Below, one piece after another: positions 31,468 to 39,951 of a stretch of 40,941 nucleotides of DNA (the stretch's first letter is position 1; every line of letters starts with the position of its first letter). The stretch is from positions 1-40,941 of the forward strand of contig JAEZMI010000436.1 in NCBI GenBank assembly GCA_023414975.1, given 5' to 3'. The notes under the pieces are model-generated. The model worked only from the letters and a program-made list of their open reading frames with translations, made no database searches and was not told where the DNA came from. This stretch comes from Pseudomonadota bacterium. Lineage in GTDB: Bacteria; Pseudomonadota; Alphaproteobacteria; Rhizobiales; Xanthobacteraceae. The translations under genes and the position numbers were made by a program.

Positions 31468-32814
31468 ATGTCCGTCGCTTACGATTACGACATCGCCACC
31501 GCCACCCCGAACGACCTCGACGCGTTGTGGATGGGCTTCACCGCGAGCCGCGCCTTCAAGCGCCGGCCCCGCATCGTCGCCAAGGCGAAGGACATGCACT
31601 ACTACACGCCGGAGGGCCGGGCGATCCTCGACGGCTCCGCTGGCTTGTGGTGCACCAATGCTGGCCACAACCGCGAGCCGATCGTCGCCGCGATCCAGAA
31701 GCAGGCAGCGGAGATGGACTTCGCGCCGACCTTCCAGTTCGGCCACCCGCTCGCCTTCCGCGCCGCCTCGCGCATCGCTGAACTCGCGCCGGGCGATCTC
31801 GACCATGTGTTCTTTTGCAACTCGGGCTCGGAAGCCGGCGATACCGCGCTGAAGATCGCTCTCGCCTTCCATGCCGTCACCGGCAAGGGCACCCGCACCC
31901 GCCTCATCGGCCGCGAGCGCGGCTATCACGGCGTCGGGTTCGGCGGCATCACCGTGGGCGGCATCTCGCCGAACCGTCGCTTTTTCGGCAGCCTCCTGGC
32001 CGGCGCCGACCACCTGCCGCACACCTATGACCGGGAGAAGCAGGCTTTCTCCAAGGGCGAGCCGGAATGGGGCGCGGAGCGGGCGGACGCGCTGGAAAGC
32101 ATCGTCGCCCTGCACGACGCGCAAACCATCGCCGCCGTCATCGTTGAGCCGATGGCGGGCTCCACCGGCGGCCTGCCGGCGCCCAAGGGCTATCTCAAGC
32201 GCCTGCGCGAGATCTGCGACAAGTACGGCATCCTGCTGATCTTCGACGAGGTCATCACCGGCTTCGGCCGCCTCGGCTTCCCCTTCGCGGCCGAGCGCTA
32301 CGGCGTGGTGCCGGACATGATCACCTTCGCCAAGGGCGTCACCTCCGGCGCGGTGCCGATGGGCGGCGTGATCGTGCGCAAGCACATCTTCGACGCCTTC
32401 ATGAACGGCCCCGAGCATGTGATCGAGCTGTTCCATGGCTACACCTATTCCGGCCATCCGCTGGCCTGCGCCGCCTCTCTGGCGACGCTGGACGTCTATC
32501 GCGACGAAGCCCTGTTCGAGCGCGCGCGCGCCATGGAGCCGATCTTCGCCGATGCCGTGATGACGCTGAAGGGCAAGCCGGGCGTCCTTGACATCCGCAC
32601 GGTCGGCCTCGTCGCCGCCTTCGACATGGCCCCCAAGCCCGAAACGCCCGGCAAGCGCGGCTATGAGGCGATGGAGCACGGCTTCCACGAAGAGAACGTG
32701 ATGTTCCGCGTCACCGGCGACACCATCGCGGTGAGCCCGCCGCTCATCATCAACGAGTCACAGGTCGGCGAACTGGTCGAGAAGATCGGCCGGACGATCG
32801 ATGGCGTGATGTGA
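31468..32814 (+). CDS. Class III PLP aminotransferase, beta-alanine/omega-amino acid--pyruvate type
   Basis: LWMGFTA, DGSAGLWC, SGSEA, RGYHG, FDEVITGFGR, TFAKGVTSG, HGYTYSGHP. Confidence 0.88.
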   Translation: MSVAYDYDIATATPNDLDALWMGFTASRAFKRRPRIVAKAKDMHYYTPEGRAILDGSAGLWCTNAGHNREPIVAAIQKQAAEMDFAPTFQFGHPLAFRAASRIAELAPGDLDHVFFCNSGSEAGDTALKIALAFHAVTGKGTRTRLIGRERGYHGVGFGGITVGGISPNRRFFGSLLAGADHLPHTYDREKQAFSKGEPEWGAERADALESIVALHDAQTIAAVIVEPMAGSTGGLPAPKGYLKRLREICDKYGILLIFDEVITGFGRLGFPFAAERYGVVPDMITFAKGVTSGAVPMGGVIVRKHIFDAFMNGPEHVIELFHGYTYSGHPLACAASLATLDVYRDEALFERARAMEPIFADAVMTLKGKPGVLDIRTVGLVAAFDMAPKPETPGKRGYEAMEHGFHEENVMFRVTGDTIAVSPPLIINESQVGELVEKIGRTIDGVM

Positions 32815-32872
32815 CGCCGAACGCCACCGAGGCAGACCGCCCCGGCGGCGCGCTTCAGCCGTGAGTATGGAG

Positions 32873-32905
32873 GAAATGGCGGCCCGCCCACGCGGCCGCC
32901 ATTTC
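32873..32905. terminator. 12-bp hairpin between the aminotransferase and hrpB (possible terminator)
   Basis: GAAATGGCGGCC-N9-GGCCGCCATTTC perfect inverted repeat; only a weak U-tract. Confidence 0.4.
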
Positions 32906-32922
32906 TGCTAAGAGCGGGCGCC

Positions 32923-35409
32923 ATGCGCGCTTTCGACCCGTCTCTCCCCATCGACGACGCACTCCCCGAGCTGACCGCGGCCCTGCGCACGCGCAATGCC
33001 GCGGTGCTGGTGGCGCCGCCCGGCGCGGGCAAGACCACCCGCGTGCCGCTCGCTTTGCTTGATGAGCCCTGGGTGAAGGGCCGACGGCTCCTGGTTTTGG
33101 AGCCTCGACGCATCGCGGCCCGCGCCGCCGCCGAGCGCATGGCCGCCACTCTGGGAGAGAGTGCCGGGCAGACGGTCGGCTATCGCGCCCGCTTCGGGTC
33201 AAAGGTGGGACGCGCCACCCGCATTGAGGTCATCACCGAGGGCATCTTCACGCGCATGATGCTGGATGACCCGGAGCTCTCCGGCGTCGCCGCCGTGCTT
33301 TTCGACGAGTTCCACGAGCGCAGCCTCGATGCCGATCTCGGCCTCGCCCTTGCCCTCGACGCGCAGGGGGCGCTGCGCGAGGATTTGCGACTGCTCGTCA
33401 TGTCCGCAACACTGGACGGCGCCCGCGTCGCCCGCCTTCTCGGGGCCGACGCGCCGGTGATCGAGAGCCTTGGACGGGCCTTTCCGGTGGAGACGCGCTA
33501 TCTCGGCCGCGACACGCGCACACCCATCGACCGGCAGATGGCCGAGGCCGTGCAGCATGCCCTTGCCCGCGAGTCGGGTTCCGTCCTTGCCTTCCTTCCC
33601 GGTGTCGGCGAGATCCGTCGCACCGAGCGGCTGTTGCGCGAGGCGGTCCGCGACCCTTTAGTCGACATCGCCCCGCTCTATGGCGCGCTCGATCCGCGCG
33701 AGCAGGATCGCGCCATCGCTCCCGCACCGGCCGGACGACGCAAGGTGGTGCTCGCCACCTCCATCGCCGAGACCAGTCTAACCATCGAGGGCGTGCGCGT
33801 CGTCATCGACAGCGGCCTTGCCCGCGTGCCGCGCTTCGAGCCGGGCGTCGGGCTCACGCGGCTGGAGACGGTGCGGGTGTCGCGCGCCGCCGCCGACCAG
33901 CGTCGTGGCCGCGCCGGCCGCACAGCGCCAGGCGTGTGCCTGCGGCTCTGGAACGCACCTGAAACGGCCAGCCTCGTGCCCTTCGCCGCCCCGGTGATCC
34001 TCGCCGCCGACCTCTCCCGCCTCGTACTCGACCTTGCCGTCTGGGGCGTACGCGAGCCGGGCGCCCTGGCCTTTCTTGACCCACCGCCCGAGGCCGCCTG
34101 GCGGGAAGCACGTGCGCTGCTGCAAACGCTCGGCGCGCTCGATACCGACGGGCAGGCGAGCGAGCGCGGCCGCGCCATGGCGCGCCTGCCGCTGGAGCCG
34201 CGCCTTGCCCGCATGGTGATCGACGGCGCGCGCCGGGGGACGGGACGCACGGCCGCGCAGATCGCCACCATCGTCGCCGAACGCGGCCTCGGCGGCGATG
34301 GCTTGGACCTCATCCATCGCCTCGATGGCTTCCGACGGGAGGGTGGCCGCCGGGCCGAAGAGGCCCGCAGCCTCGCCGAACGGTGGACGCGCGAGGCGGA
34401 GGCTGCGATCTCACTGACCGCGCCCCGCGCCACCGCCGCCGCTCCCTCCCCCGCCGTGCTGCTGGCGCTCGCCTTCCCGGACCGTATCGCGCGCAACCGC
34501 GGCGACGGACGGCGCTTCTTGCTGGCCAATGGGCGCGGCGCTGCGCTCGATCCGGCCGCCGCGCTGGCCCGCGCGCCCTATCTCGCGGTGGCGGAGCTGA
34601 CCGGCACGGCGGACGAGGCCCGCATTCTGCTGGCGGCGGAGCTCACCGACGCCGAACTGGAGGCGGAATTCGGCGACGCCATTACCCAGTCCGTCGAGAC
34701 CAGTTTCGACGCCGCCGCCGGCGCCCTGCGCGCGCGGCAGGTGCGGCGCCTCGGCGGGCTGGTGCTCGCCGAGCGCCCTGCCTCGGTCAAAGCGGGACCG
34801 GAGACGGCCCTGGCGCTCGCCCTCGCCGCGCGGGACAAGGGGCTGGAACGGCTCGGCTGGTCGGATCACCAGCGCCAATGGCTCGACCGGGTGCGCTTTC
34901 TCCACGCCCGCCTGCCGGAGACCTGGCCGGACATCTCATGGGAGCGCATGGCGACGAGCGTGGAGGAGTGGCTGGCACCGCAGTTGGAGGGGCTGACGAG
35001 CCTCGCGCAGATCGACGCCAACCGGCTCGGTCCGGCGCTGAATGCCCTGCTGCCCTGGGATCTTGCCCGCCGGCTCGACGCGGAGGCGCCGACGCATTTC
35101 GAGGCGCCGACAGGCTCCCTATTACCTATCGACTACGCCGCCGAGGGCGGGCCGATGCTGAGCGTGCGGGTGCAGGAGCTGTTCGGTCTGAAGACCCATC
35201 CGAGCCTCGCCCAAGGACGCGTGCCGCTGACGCTGGCGCTGCTCTCGCCGGCCCACCGCCCCATCCAGCTCACGCGCGACCTGCCGGCCTTCTGGACCGG
35301 CTCGTGGCGCGACGTGCGGGCGGACATGCGCGGGCGCTACCCCAAGCATCCCTGGCCGGAAGATCCGGCCGATGCGGAACCCACGCGCCGCGCCAAACCC
35401 CGGAGCTAG
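32923..35409 (+). CDS. hrpB: ATP-dependent DEAH-box helicase HrpB
   Basis: APPGAGKTT, DEFHERS, MSAT, ATSIAETSLTI, QRRGRAGR, C-terminal MRGRYPKHPWP. Confidence 0.96.
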   Translation: MRAFDPSLPIDDALPELTAALRTRNAAVLVAPPGAGKTTRVPLALLDEPWVKGRRLLVLEPRRIAARAAAERMAATLGESAGQTVGYRARFGSKVGRATRIEVITEGIFTRMMLDDPELSGVAAVLFDEFHERSLDADLGLALALDAQGALREDLRLLVMSATLDGARVARLLGADAPVIESLGRAFPVETRYLGRDTRTPIDRQMAEAVQHALARESGSVLAFLPGVGEIRRTERLLREAVRDPLVDIAPLYGALDPREQDRAIAPAPAGRRKVVLATSIAETSLTIEGVRVVIDSGLARVPRFEPGVGLTRLETVRVSRAAADQRRGRAGRTAPGVCLRLWNAPETASLVPFAAPVILAADLSRLVLDLAVWGVREPGALAFLDPPPEAAWREARALLQTLGALDTDGQASERGRAMARLPLEPRLARMVIDGARRGTGRTAAQIATIVAERGLGGDGLDLIHRLDGFRREGGRRAEEARSLAERWTREAEAAISLTAPRATAAAPSPAVLLALAFPDRIARNRGDGRRFLLANGRGAALDPAAALARAPYLAVAELTGTADEARILLAAELTDAELEAEFGDAITQSVETSFDAAAGALRARQVRRLGGLVLAERPASVKAGPETALALALAARDKGLERLGWSDHQRQWLDRVRFLHARLPETWPDISWERMATSVEEWLAPQLEGLTSLAQIDANRLGPALNALLPWDLARRLDAEAPTHFEAPTGSLLPIDYAAEGGPMLSVRVQELFGLKTHPSLAQGRVPLTLALLSPAHRPIQLTRDLPAFWTGSWRDVRADMRGRYPKHPWPEDPADAEPTRRAKPRS

Positions 35410-35453
35410 CGCGAAAGGTTGCGTCAGATTCCTAACTATTCGGCTGCAAAGCA

Positions 35454-35519
35454 TTAACCACGGAGCCAGTAACCGATCCCCGTCACCGCGCAGGGCCAGC
35501 GATTTAACGCGCGGTCAAC
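35454..35519 (+). promoter_or_regulatory. Putative CtrA sites upstream of the Flp-like pilin
   Basis: TTAA-N7-TCAAC at 35504-35519 (consensus TTAA-N7-TTAAC) plus half-site TTAACCA at 35454-35460. Confidence 0.5.
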
Positions 35520-35599
35520 ATCTGCGGCGCAGGCTGAGCCCACAACAAAATCTGTCCGAAGACAGATATCGGCAAAGACAGCGCAAGCAGAGTAGGCCC

Positions 35600-35818
35600 A
35601 TGAGAGAACTGGTTGACAGGGAGCTGGTCGGTCGCGACATGCGGCGGCGCGCGGTAGCCGCCCGCCGCACCCACAGCACCGGGCTGGAATATGGCCTGAT
35701 CGCCGCAGCCCTGGCCATTGCCATCGTCACGGTGGTGGCCGGGCTCAGCGCCCGCTACGGCGGTGTGGAGGCGAATGCCGCCTCCAGCCTCAGTGGCATC
35801 GAACGCGCGGTGCGTTGA
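35600..35818 (+). CDS. Flp/Fap type IVc pilin-like protein (atypical cleavage site)
   Basis: STGLEYGLIAAALAIAIVTVVAGL matches the Flp EY + hydrophobic helix; basic leader. Start 35600 or 35639. Confidence 0.65.
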   Translation: MRELVDRELVGRDMRRRAVAARRTHSTGLEYGLIAAALAIAIVTVVAGLSARYGGVEANAASSLSGIERAVR

Positions 35819-35835
35819 CGATCAGCCCATGACGG

Positions 35836-37155
35836 TCAGCCCATGACCGGCGCCCGGCGGCGCGGCGTGACAGCCCGACTGGCGAGAATCTTGTCGACCC
35901 GCCGCCCATCCATGTCCACCACCTCGAACCGCCAGCCCAACGCCTCGAAGGCCGCGCCTTCCTGCGGCAGTTGCTTGAGTTCATGGAGCACAAAGCCCGC
36001 GGCCGTATGGAACCCCGAATCCTGAGGTAGCTTTATACCCAGGACATCGGCGAGTTCGTCCACCGGGGTAGAGCCGGCAACCAGATAGCTGCCGTCGGCG
36101 CGCTCGACCATATCGGGCTTCACCTGGCCGCCCTCATCGAGCACGACCGAGCCGGCAATGGTGTCGAGAAGGTCCGCCGGGGTCAGAACGCCGACCATCG
36201 AGCCATACTCGTCGACGACGAGCGCCAGCGGCGATTCCGCGTGGCGCAGCACCTTCATCGCGTCAAGCGCGCCGGCGGTCTCCACCAGCACGGCAGCCGG
36301 CTTGACGAAGCTGCGCGGGTCCGGCGTGTCGCCATCGAGATAGGCTTCGAGCAGGTCGCGGATGTCGATGACGCCGGTCGCTTCCTCCGGCGTGCCCTCG
36401 CAGGCCGGCATGCGCGTGTGGCGCGTCTCGCGTATGGTCTGGCGCACGACATCGGGGTCGTCGGTGAGGTCGATCCAGTCCACCTCGGTGCGTGGCGTCA
36501 TCACCGCGCGGACCGGACGGTCGGCGAGGCGCATGACGCCGGCGATCATCCGGCGCTCATCCGGGTCGATCACCCCGGCCGTCTCCGCTTCCGCGACGAT
36601 GGCGCGGATTTCCTCGTCGGTGACGTTGCTGTCGTCGCCCTTGCCCTTCTCGCCCAGCAGCCGGAGGACGACACGCGAGGAAATGTCCAGCAGCCAAACC
36701 GCCGGCGCGGCGATTCGCGACAGCAGCATCATGCCGGGCGCGACGAGCGTCGCGAGCCGTTCCGGACTCTGCAGCGCCAGACGCTTGGGAATGAGTTCGC
36801 CGAGGATGAGCGAGATGTAGGTGATGGCCGCGACCACCAGCGAATAGCCGAGGCCCTCGGCAAGGCCCGGCGACATGCCTTGCGCCTGCAGCCAGTCGCC
36901 GAGCTGATCACCCAGCGTGGCGCCGGAAAACGCACCGGCGAGAATGCCGATCAGCGTGATGCCGATCTGGACGGTGGAGAGGAAGCGGCCGGGATCGGCC
37001 GCAAGGGCGAGCGCGATGCGGGCACCGCGCGATCCATTATCCGCCATTGCCCGCAGACGCGCAGGGCGGGCCGAGACTACCGAGAGTTCGGCCATGGCGA
37101 GAACGCCGTTGATCAGCACAAGCAGGACAACGACGGCGATTTCAAAGAGAGGCAT
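35836..37155 (-). CDS. HlyC/CorC-family transporter (DUF21-CBS-CorC)
   Basis: LINGVLAMAELSVVSAR, FLSTVQIGIT, GELIPKR, MTPR, VVDEYG, TAAGF, VVDMDGRRVDK. Confidence 0.92.
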   Translation of the reverse strand: MPLFEIAVVVLLVLINGVLAMAELSVVSARPARLRAMADNGSRGARIALALAADPGRFLSTVQIGITLIGILAGAFSGATLGDQLGDWLQAQGMSPGLAEGLGYSLVVAAITYISLILGELIPKRLALQSPERLATLVAPGMMLLSRIAAPAVWLLDISSRVVLRLLGEKGKGDDSNVTDEEIRAIVAEAETAGVIDPDERRMIAGVMRLADRPVRAVMTPRTEVDWIDLTDDPDVVRQTIRETRHTRMPACEGTPEEATGVIDIRDLLEAYLDGDTPDPRSFVKPAAVLVETAGALDAMKVLRHAESPLALVVDEYGSMVGVLTPADLLDTIAGSVVLDEGGQVKPDMVERADGSYLVAGSTPVDELADVLGIKLPQDSGFHTAAGFVLHELKQLPQEGAAFEALGWRFEVVDMDGRRVDKILASRAVTPRRRAPVMG

Positions 37156-37260
37156 TGGGTCCGTGAGGGTGAACGATGCCGCAATTATGGGGCAGTACCC
37201 TGCTCTTGACCATGGCAGCGCCGCAATTTCCCCGAAACCATCATGCGGATGAGCGCCGGT

Positions 37261-37289
37261 TTGACGCCCGCCCGCGCGCGGCCTAGAAG
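37261..37289 (+). promoter_or_regulatory. Putative sigma70 promoter of aroC
   Basis: TTGACG, 17 nt, TAGAAG, ending 30 nt upstream of the ATG. Confidence 0.5.
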
Positions 37290-37319
37290 CCCTCACCTGC
37301 TTCCGCTCGGGCCCCTCGC

Positions 37320-38432
37320 ATGTCGTTCAACACCTTCGGCCAGCTGTTCCGCGTCACCACCTTCGGGGAGAGCCACGGGCCGGCGATCGGTGGGGTGGTC
37401 GATGGCTGCCCACCCGGCATCCGCTTCCGGGTGGAGGAGATCCAGGAGGCGCTGGACCGGCGCCGCCCCGGTCAGTCCCGCTTCACCACCCAGCGCCGCG
37501 AGCCGGACACGGTCAAGGTGCTCTCAGGCACGCTGCCGCAGGAAGATGGGTTTCATGTTACCACCGGCACGCCGGTCGCCCTGCTGATCGAGAATGTCGA
37601 CCAGCGCTCTAAGGACTATGCGCAGATCGCCGAGAGCTACCGGCCGGGCCATGCCGACTACGCCTATGACGTGAAATACGGCCTGCGCGACCATCGCGGC
37701 GGCGGGCGCTCCTCGGCCCGCGAGACCGCGGTGCGCGTCGCGGCCGGGGCGCTGGCGGCCAAGGTGGTGGAAGGCGTCACCATCACCGGGGCACTGGTGC
37801 AGATGGGCGAAATCACCATTGACCGCGCCCACTGGGACAGCGCGGAGATAGGCCGCAACCCGTTCTTCTGCCCGGACGCGCAGGCGGCCGCGCGGATGGA
37901 GACTTATCTCGACGGCATCCGCAAGAGCGGCTCCTCGGTCGGCGCGGTCATTGAGGTGATTGCCGAAGGCGTGCCCCCCGGCCTCGGTGCGCCGCTTTAC
38001 GGCAAGCTCGACGCCGACCTCGCCGGCGCGCTCATGAGCATCAACGCGGTGAAGGGCGTCGAGATCGGCGAGGGGTTCGCGAGCGCGGCCCTGACCGGTG
38101 AGGACAATGCGGACGAGATGCGCATGGGCAATGACGGCAAGCCCGTGTTTCTCGCCAACCATGCGGGCGGGATTCTCGGCGGCATCTCGACCGGGCAGCC
38201 GGTGGTGGCGCGTTTTGCGGTGAAGCCGACCTCTTCCATCCTCACACCGCGCAAGACGGTGACGCGCCACGGCGAGGACGCCGACATCGTCACCAAGGGG
38301 CGGCACGACCCCTGCGTCGGCATCCGGGCGGTGCCCGTGGGCGAGGCGATGGTGGCCTGCGTGCTCGCCGACCACCTGCTGCGGGCCCGCGCGCAGGTGG
38401 GCACCCCGCCTATCTGGCCGTTTCCGCGCTGA
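37320..38432 (+). CDS. aroC: Chorismate synthase
   Basis: [43 protein letters not shown]. Confidence 0.97.
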   Translation: MSFNTFGQLFRVTTFGESHGPAIGGVVDGCPPGIRFRVEEIQEALDRRRPGQSRFTTQRREPDTVKVLSGTLPQEDGFHVTTGTPVALLIENVDQRSKDYAQIAESYRPGHADYAYDVKYGLRDHRGGGRSSARETAVRVAAGALAAKVVEGVTITGALVQMGEITIDRAHWDSAEIGRNPFFCPDAQAAARMETYLDGIRKSGSSVGAVIEVIAEGVPPGLGAPLYGKLDADLAGALMSINAVKGVEIGEGFASAALTGEDNADEMRMGNDGKPVFLANHAGGILGGISTGQPVVARFAVKPTSSILTPRKTVTRHGEDADIVTKGRHDPCVGIRAVPVGEAMVACVLADHLLRARAQVGTPPIWPFPR

Positions 38433-38441
38433 CGGATATCG

Positions 38442-38504
38442 ATTTCAGTAATACTGAAATTCTCGCTGAGCTTCATTGCGGCCGAATAAATCGCGGCTTA
38501 TGAT
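38442..38504 (+). promoter_or_regulatory. Two operator-like palindromes and a probable leaderless sigma70 promoter of HTH-ribB
   Basis: ATTTCAGTA-A-TACTGAAAT (38442-38460, perfect); TTCAT-TGCGG-CCGAA (38472-38486, same spacing); -35 TTGCGG 38476-38481, 17 nt, -10 TATGAT 38499-38504; ATG 38511 with no SD. Confidence 0.68.
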
Positions 38505-38510
38505 CTCCGC

Positions 38511-39818
38511 ATGAAGCTTGCGGATTGGCTTGCCATGACAGGAACGACGCGCAGCGCCTTCGCGCGCAGCGTCGGCCTGTCGCCGGCCAGCATCACCGCC
38601 CTGTGCAACGACCAGCAAGCCTGGGTCTCCCGTGAAGCGGGCAGCCGCATCGCCGCCGCGACCGGCGGGGCGGTGACGCCCAATGACTTTCTTGGGATCG
38701 ATAGCGTCGAGATAGCAATGATGAGCGACAATCTGCAGGCCCGCGTCCAGGCGGCGATCGAGGCATTCGCGCGCGGCGACATGCTGGTGGTGACGGATGA
38801 CGACGACCGGGAGAACGAGGGAGACCTCATCGTCGCGGCGGTTCACGCCACGCCGGAAAAGCTCGCCTTCATCGTCCGCCACACCTCCGGCATCGTCTGC
38901 ACGCCGATCACCGCCGAGCACGCCAAGCGGTTGCGGCTCAACCCGATGGTGACGGACAATGACGCCCCGCACGCCACCGCCTTCACCATCTCCGTCGACT
39001 ACAAGCACGGCACCACCACCGGCATCTCCGCCGAGGATCGCACCGCCACGGTGCGCGGGCTCGCCAACCCCAATGCCGGCGCGGCGGATTTCGTGCGGCC
39101 GGGCCATATCTTTCCGCTCATCGCCAAGGAAGGCGGCGTGCTGATGCGCTCCGGCCATACCGAGGCGGCGGTCGATCTGTGCAAGCTCGCCGATCTCGAA
39201 CCTGTGGGCGTGATCTGCGAACTGGTGAACGACGACGGCACGGTCATGCGGGGGCCGAAGGTCGCGGAATTCGCGGCCACGCACAATCTCACGCGCATCT
39301 CGGTCGCGGACCTCATCGCCTACCGGCAGATGCGCGAGAGGCTGGTGAGCCGGGCGGCGGAGTTTACCGCGCCGACGGCGGTCGGCGACATGCACGCCAT
39401 CTCCTATGTCACCCCCTTCGAGCCGGTGAACCATATCGCGCTGGTGCACGGCAAGATCGGCGACGGCCGCGACGTGCTGGTACGATTGCACCGCGCCGAC
39501 CCGATCGGTGACGTTTTCACCGGCGGCAAGGCCATCGCCGCGTCGCTGGAGCGCATCAAGGCGGAAGGTCGGGGCGTTCTCGTCTATCTGCGCGACGGCA
39601 CGACGGGCGTTCCAGTGAATTCCGTGGGGCCGGAAGGCAGCGCCGCCGACAGCGCACGGCTGCGCGACGAGAGCTGGCGGGAGGTGGGGCTGGGGGCGCA
39701 GATCCTGCGCGATCTCGGCATTTCCTCGATCCGCCTCATCGCCTCGCGAGCCCGGACCTATGTCGGCGTCGCCGGTTTCGGCATCGAAATCACCGGCACG
39801 GAGACGCTGGACGGCTGA
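38511..39818 (+). CDS. ribB: Cro/YdaS-like HTH + DHBP synthase (RibB) + degenerate GTP cyclohydrolase II-like domain
   Basis: aa 1-62 HTH-like (TRSAFARSVGLSPASITAL...IAAATGGAVTPNDF); RibB motifs DDDDRENEGD, FTISVD, TGISAEDR, RPGHIFPL, RSGHTEA; C-terminal VRLH...GVLVYL...GLGAQILRDLG without zinc-binding Cys. Confidence 0.9.
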   Translation: MKLADWLAMTGTTRSAFARSVGLSPASITALCNDQQAWVSREAGSRIAAATGGAVTPNDFLGIDSVEIAMMSDNLQARVQAAIEAFARGDMLVVTDDDDRENEGDLIVAAVHATPEKLAFIVRHTSGIVCTPITAEHAKRLRLNPMVTDNDAPHATAFTISVDYKHGTTTGISAEDRTATVRGLANPNAGAADFVRPGHIFPLIAKEGGVLMRSGHTEAAVDLCKLADLEPVGVICELVNDDGTVMRGPKVAEFAATHNLTRISVADLIAYRQMRERLVSRAAEFTAPTAVGDMHAISYVTPFEPVNHIALVHGKIGDGRDVLVRLHRADPIGDVFTGGKAIAASLERIKAEGRGVLVYLRDGTTGVPVNSVGPEGSAADSARLRDESWREVGLGAQILRDLGISSIRLIASRARTYVGVAGFGIEITGTETLDG

Positions 39819-39846
39819 TCGCGCTCACGCGAATGGCATAGTGGCG

Positions 39847-39864
39847 CTGTCATACGCCTGACAT
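39847..39864 (+). promoter_or_regulatory. Pho-box-like direct repeat
   Basis: CTGTCAT-ACGC-CTGACAT, 11-bp period, 1 mismatch to CTGTCAT-N4-CTGTCAT; 87 nt upstream of the DUF1194-like ATG. Confidence 0.45.
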
Positions 39865-39951
39865 TTCGGCTTTGGGCAGGCCCGCAGGCATGTCACCATC
39901 CCCGTGACGCGTCTCTGACACGTCGTGTTCCCGTCCAGGACGGAGGTCGCG

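Noticed and set aside
31468..32814. Calling the aminotransferase PhnW or PbfA
   Set aside because: PhnW is class V; the motifs here fit the beta-alanine--pyruvate class III subfamily, and nothing specific points to PbfA.
38433..38510. FMN riboswitch upstream of ribB
   Set aside because: The gap is only 78 nt and lacks the conserved RFN sequence blocks.
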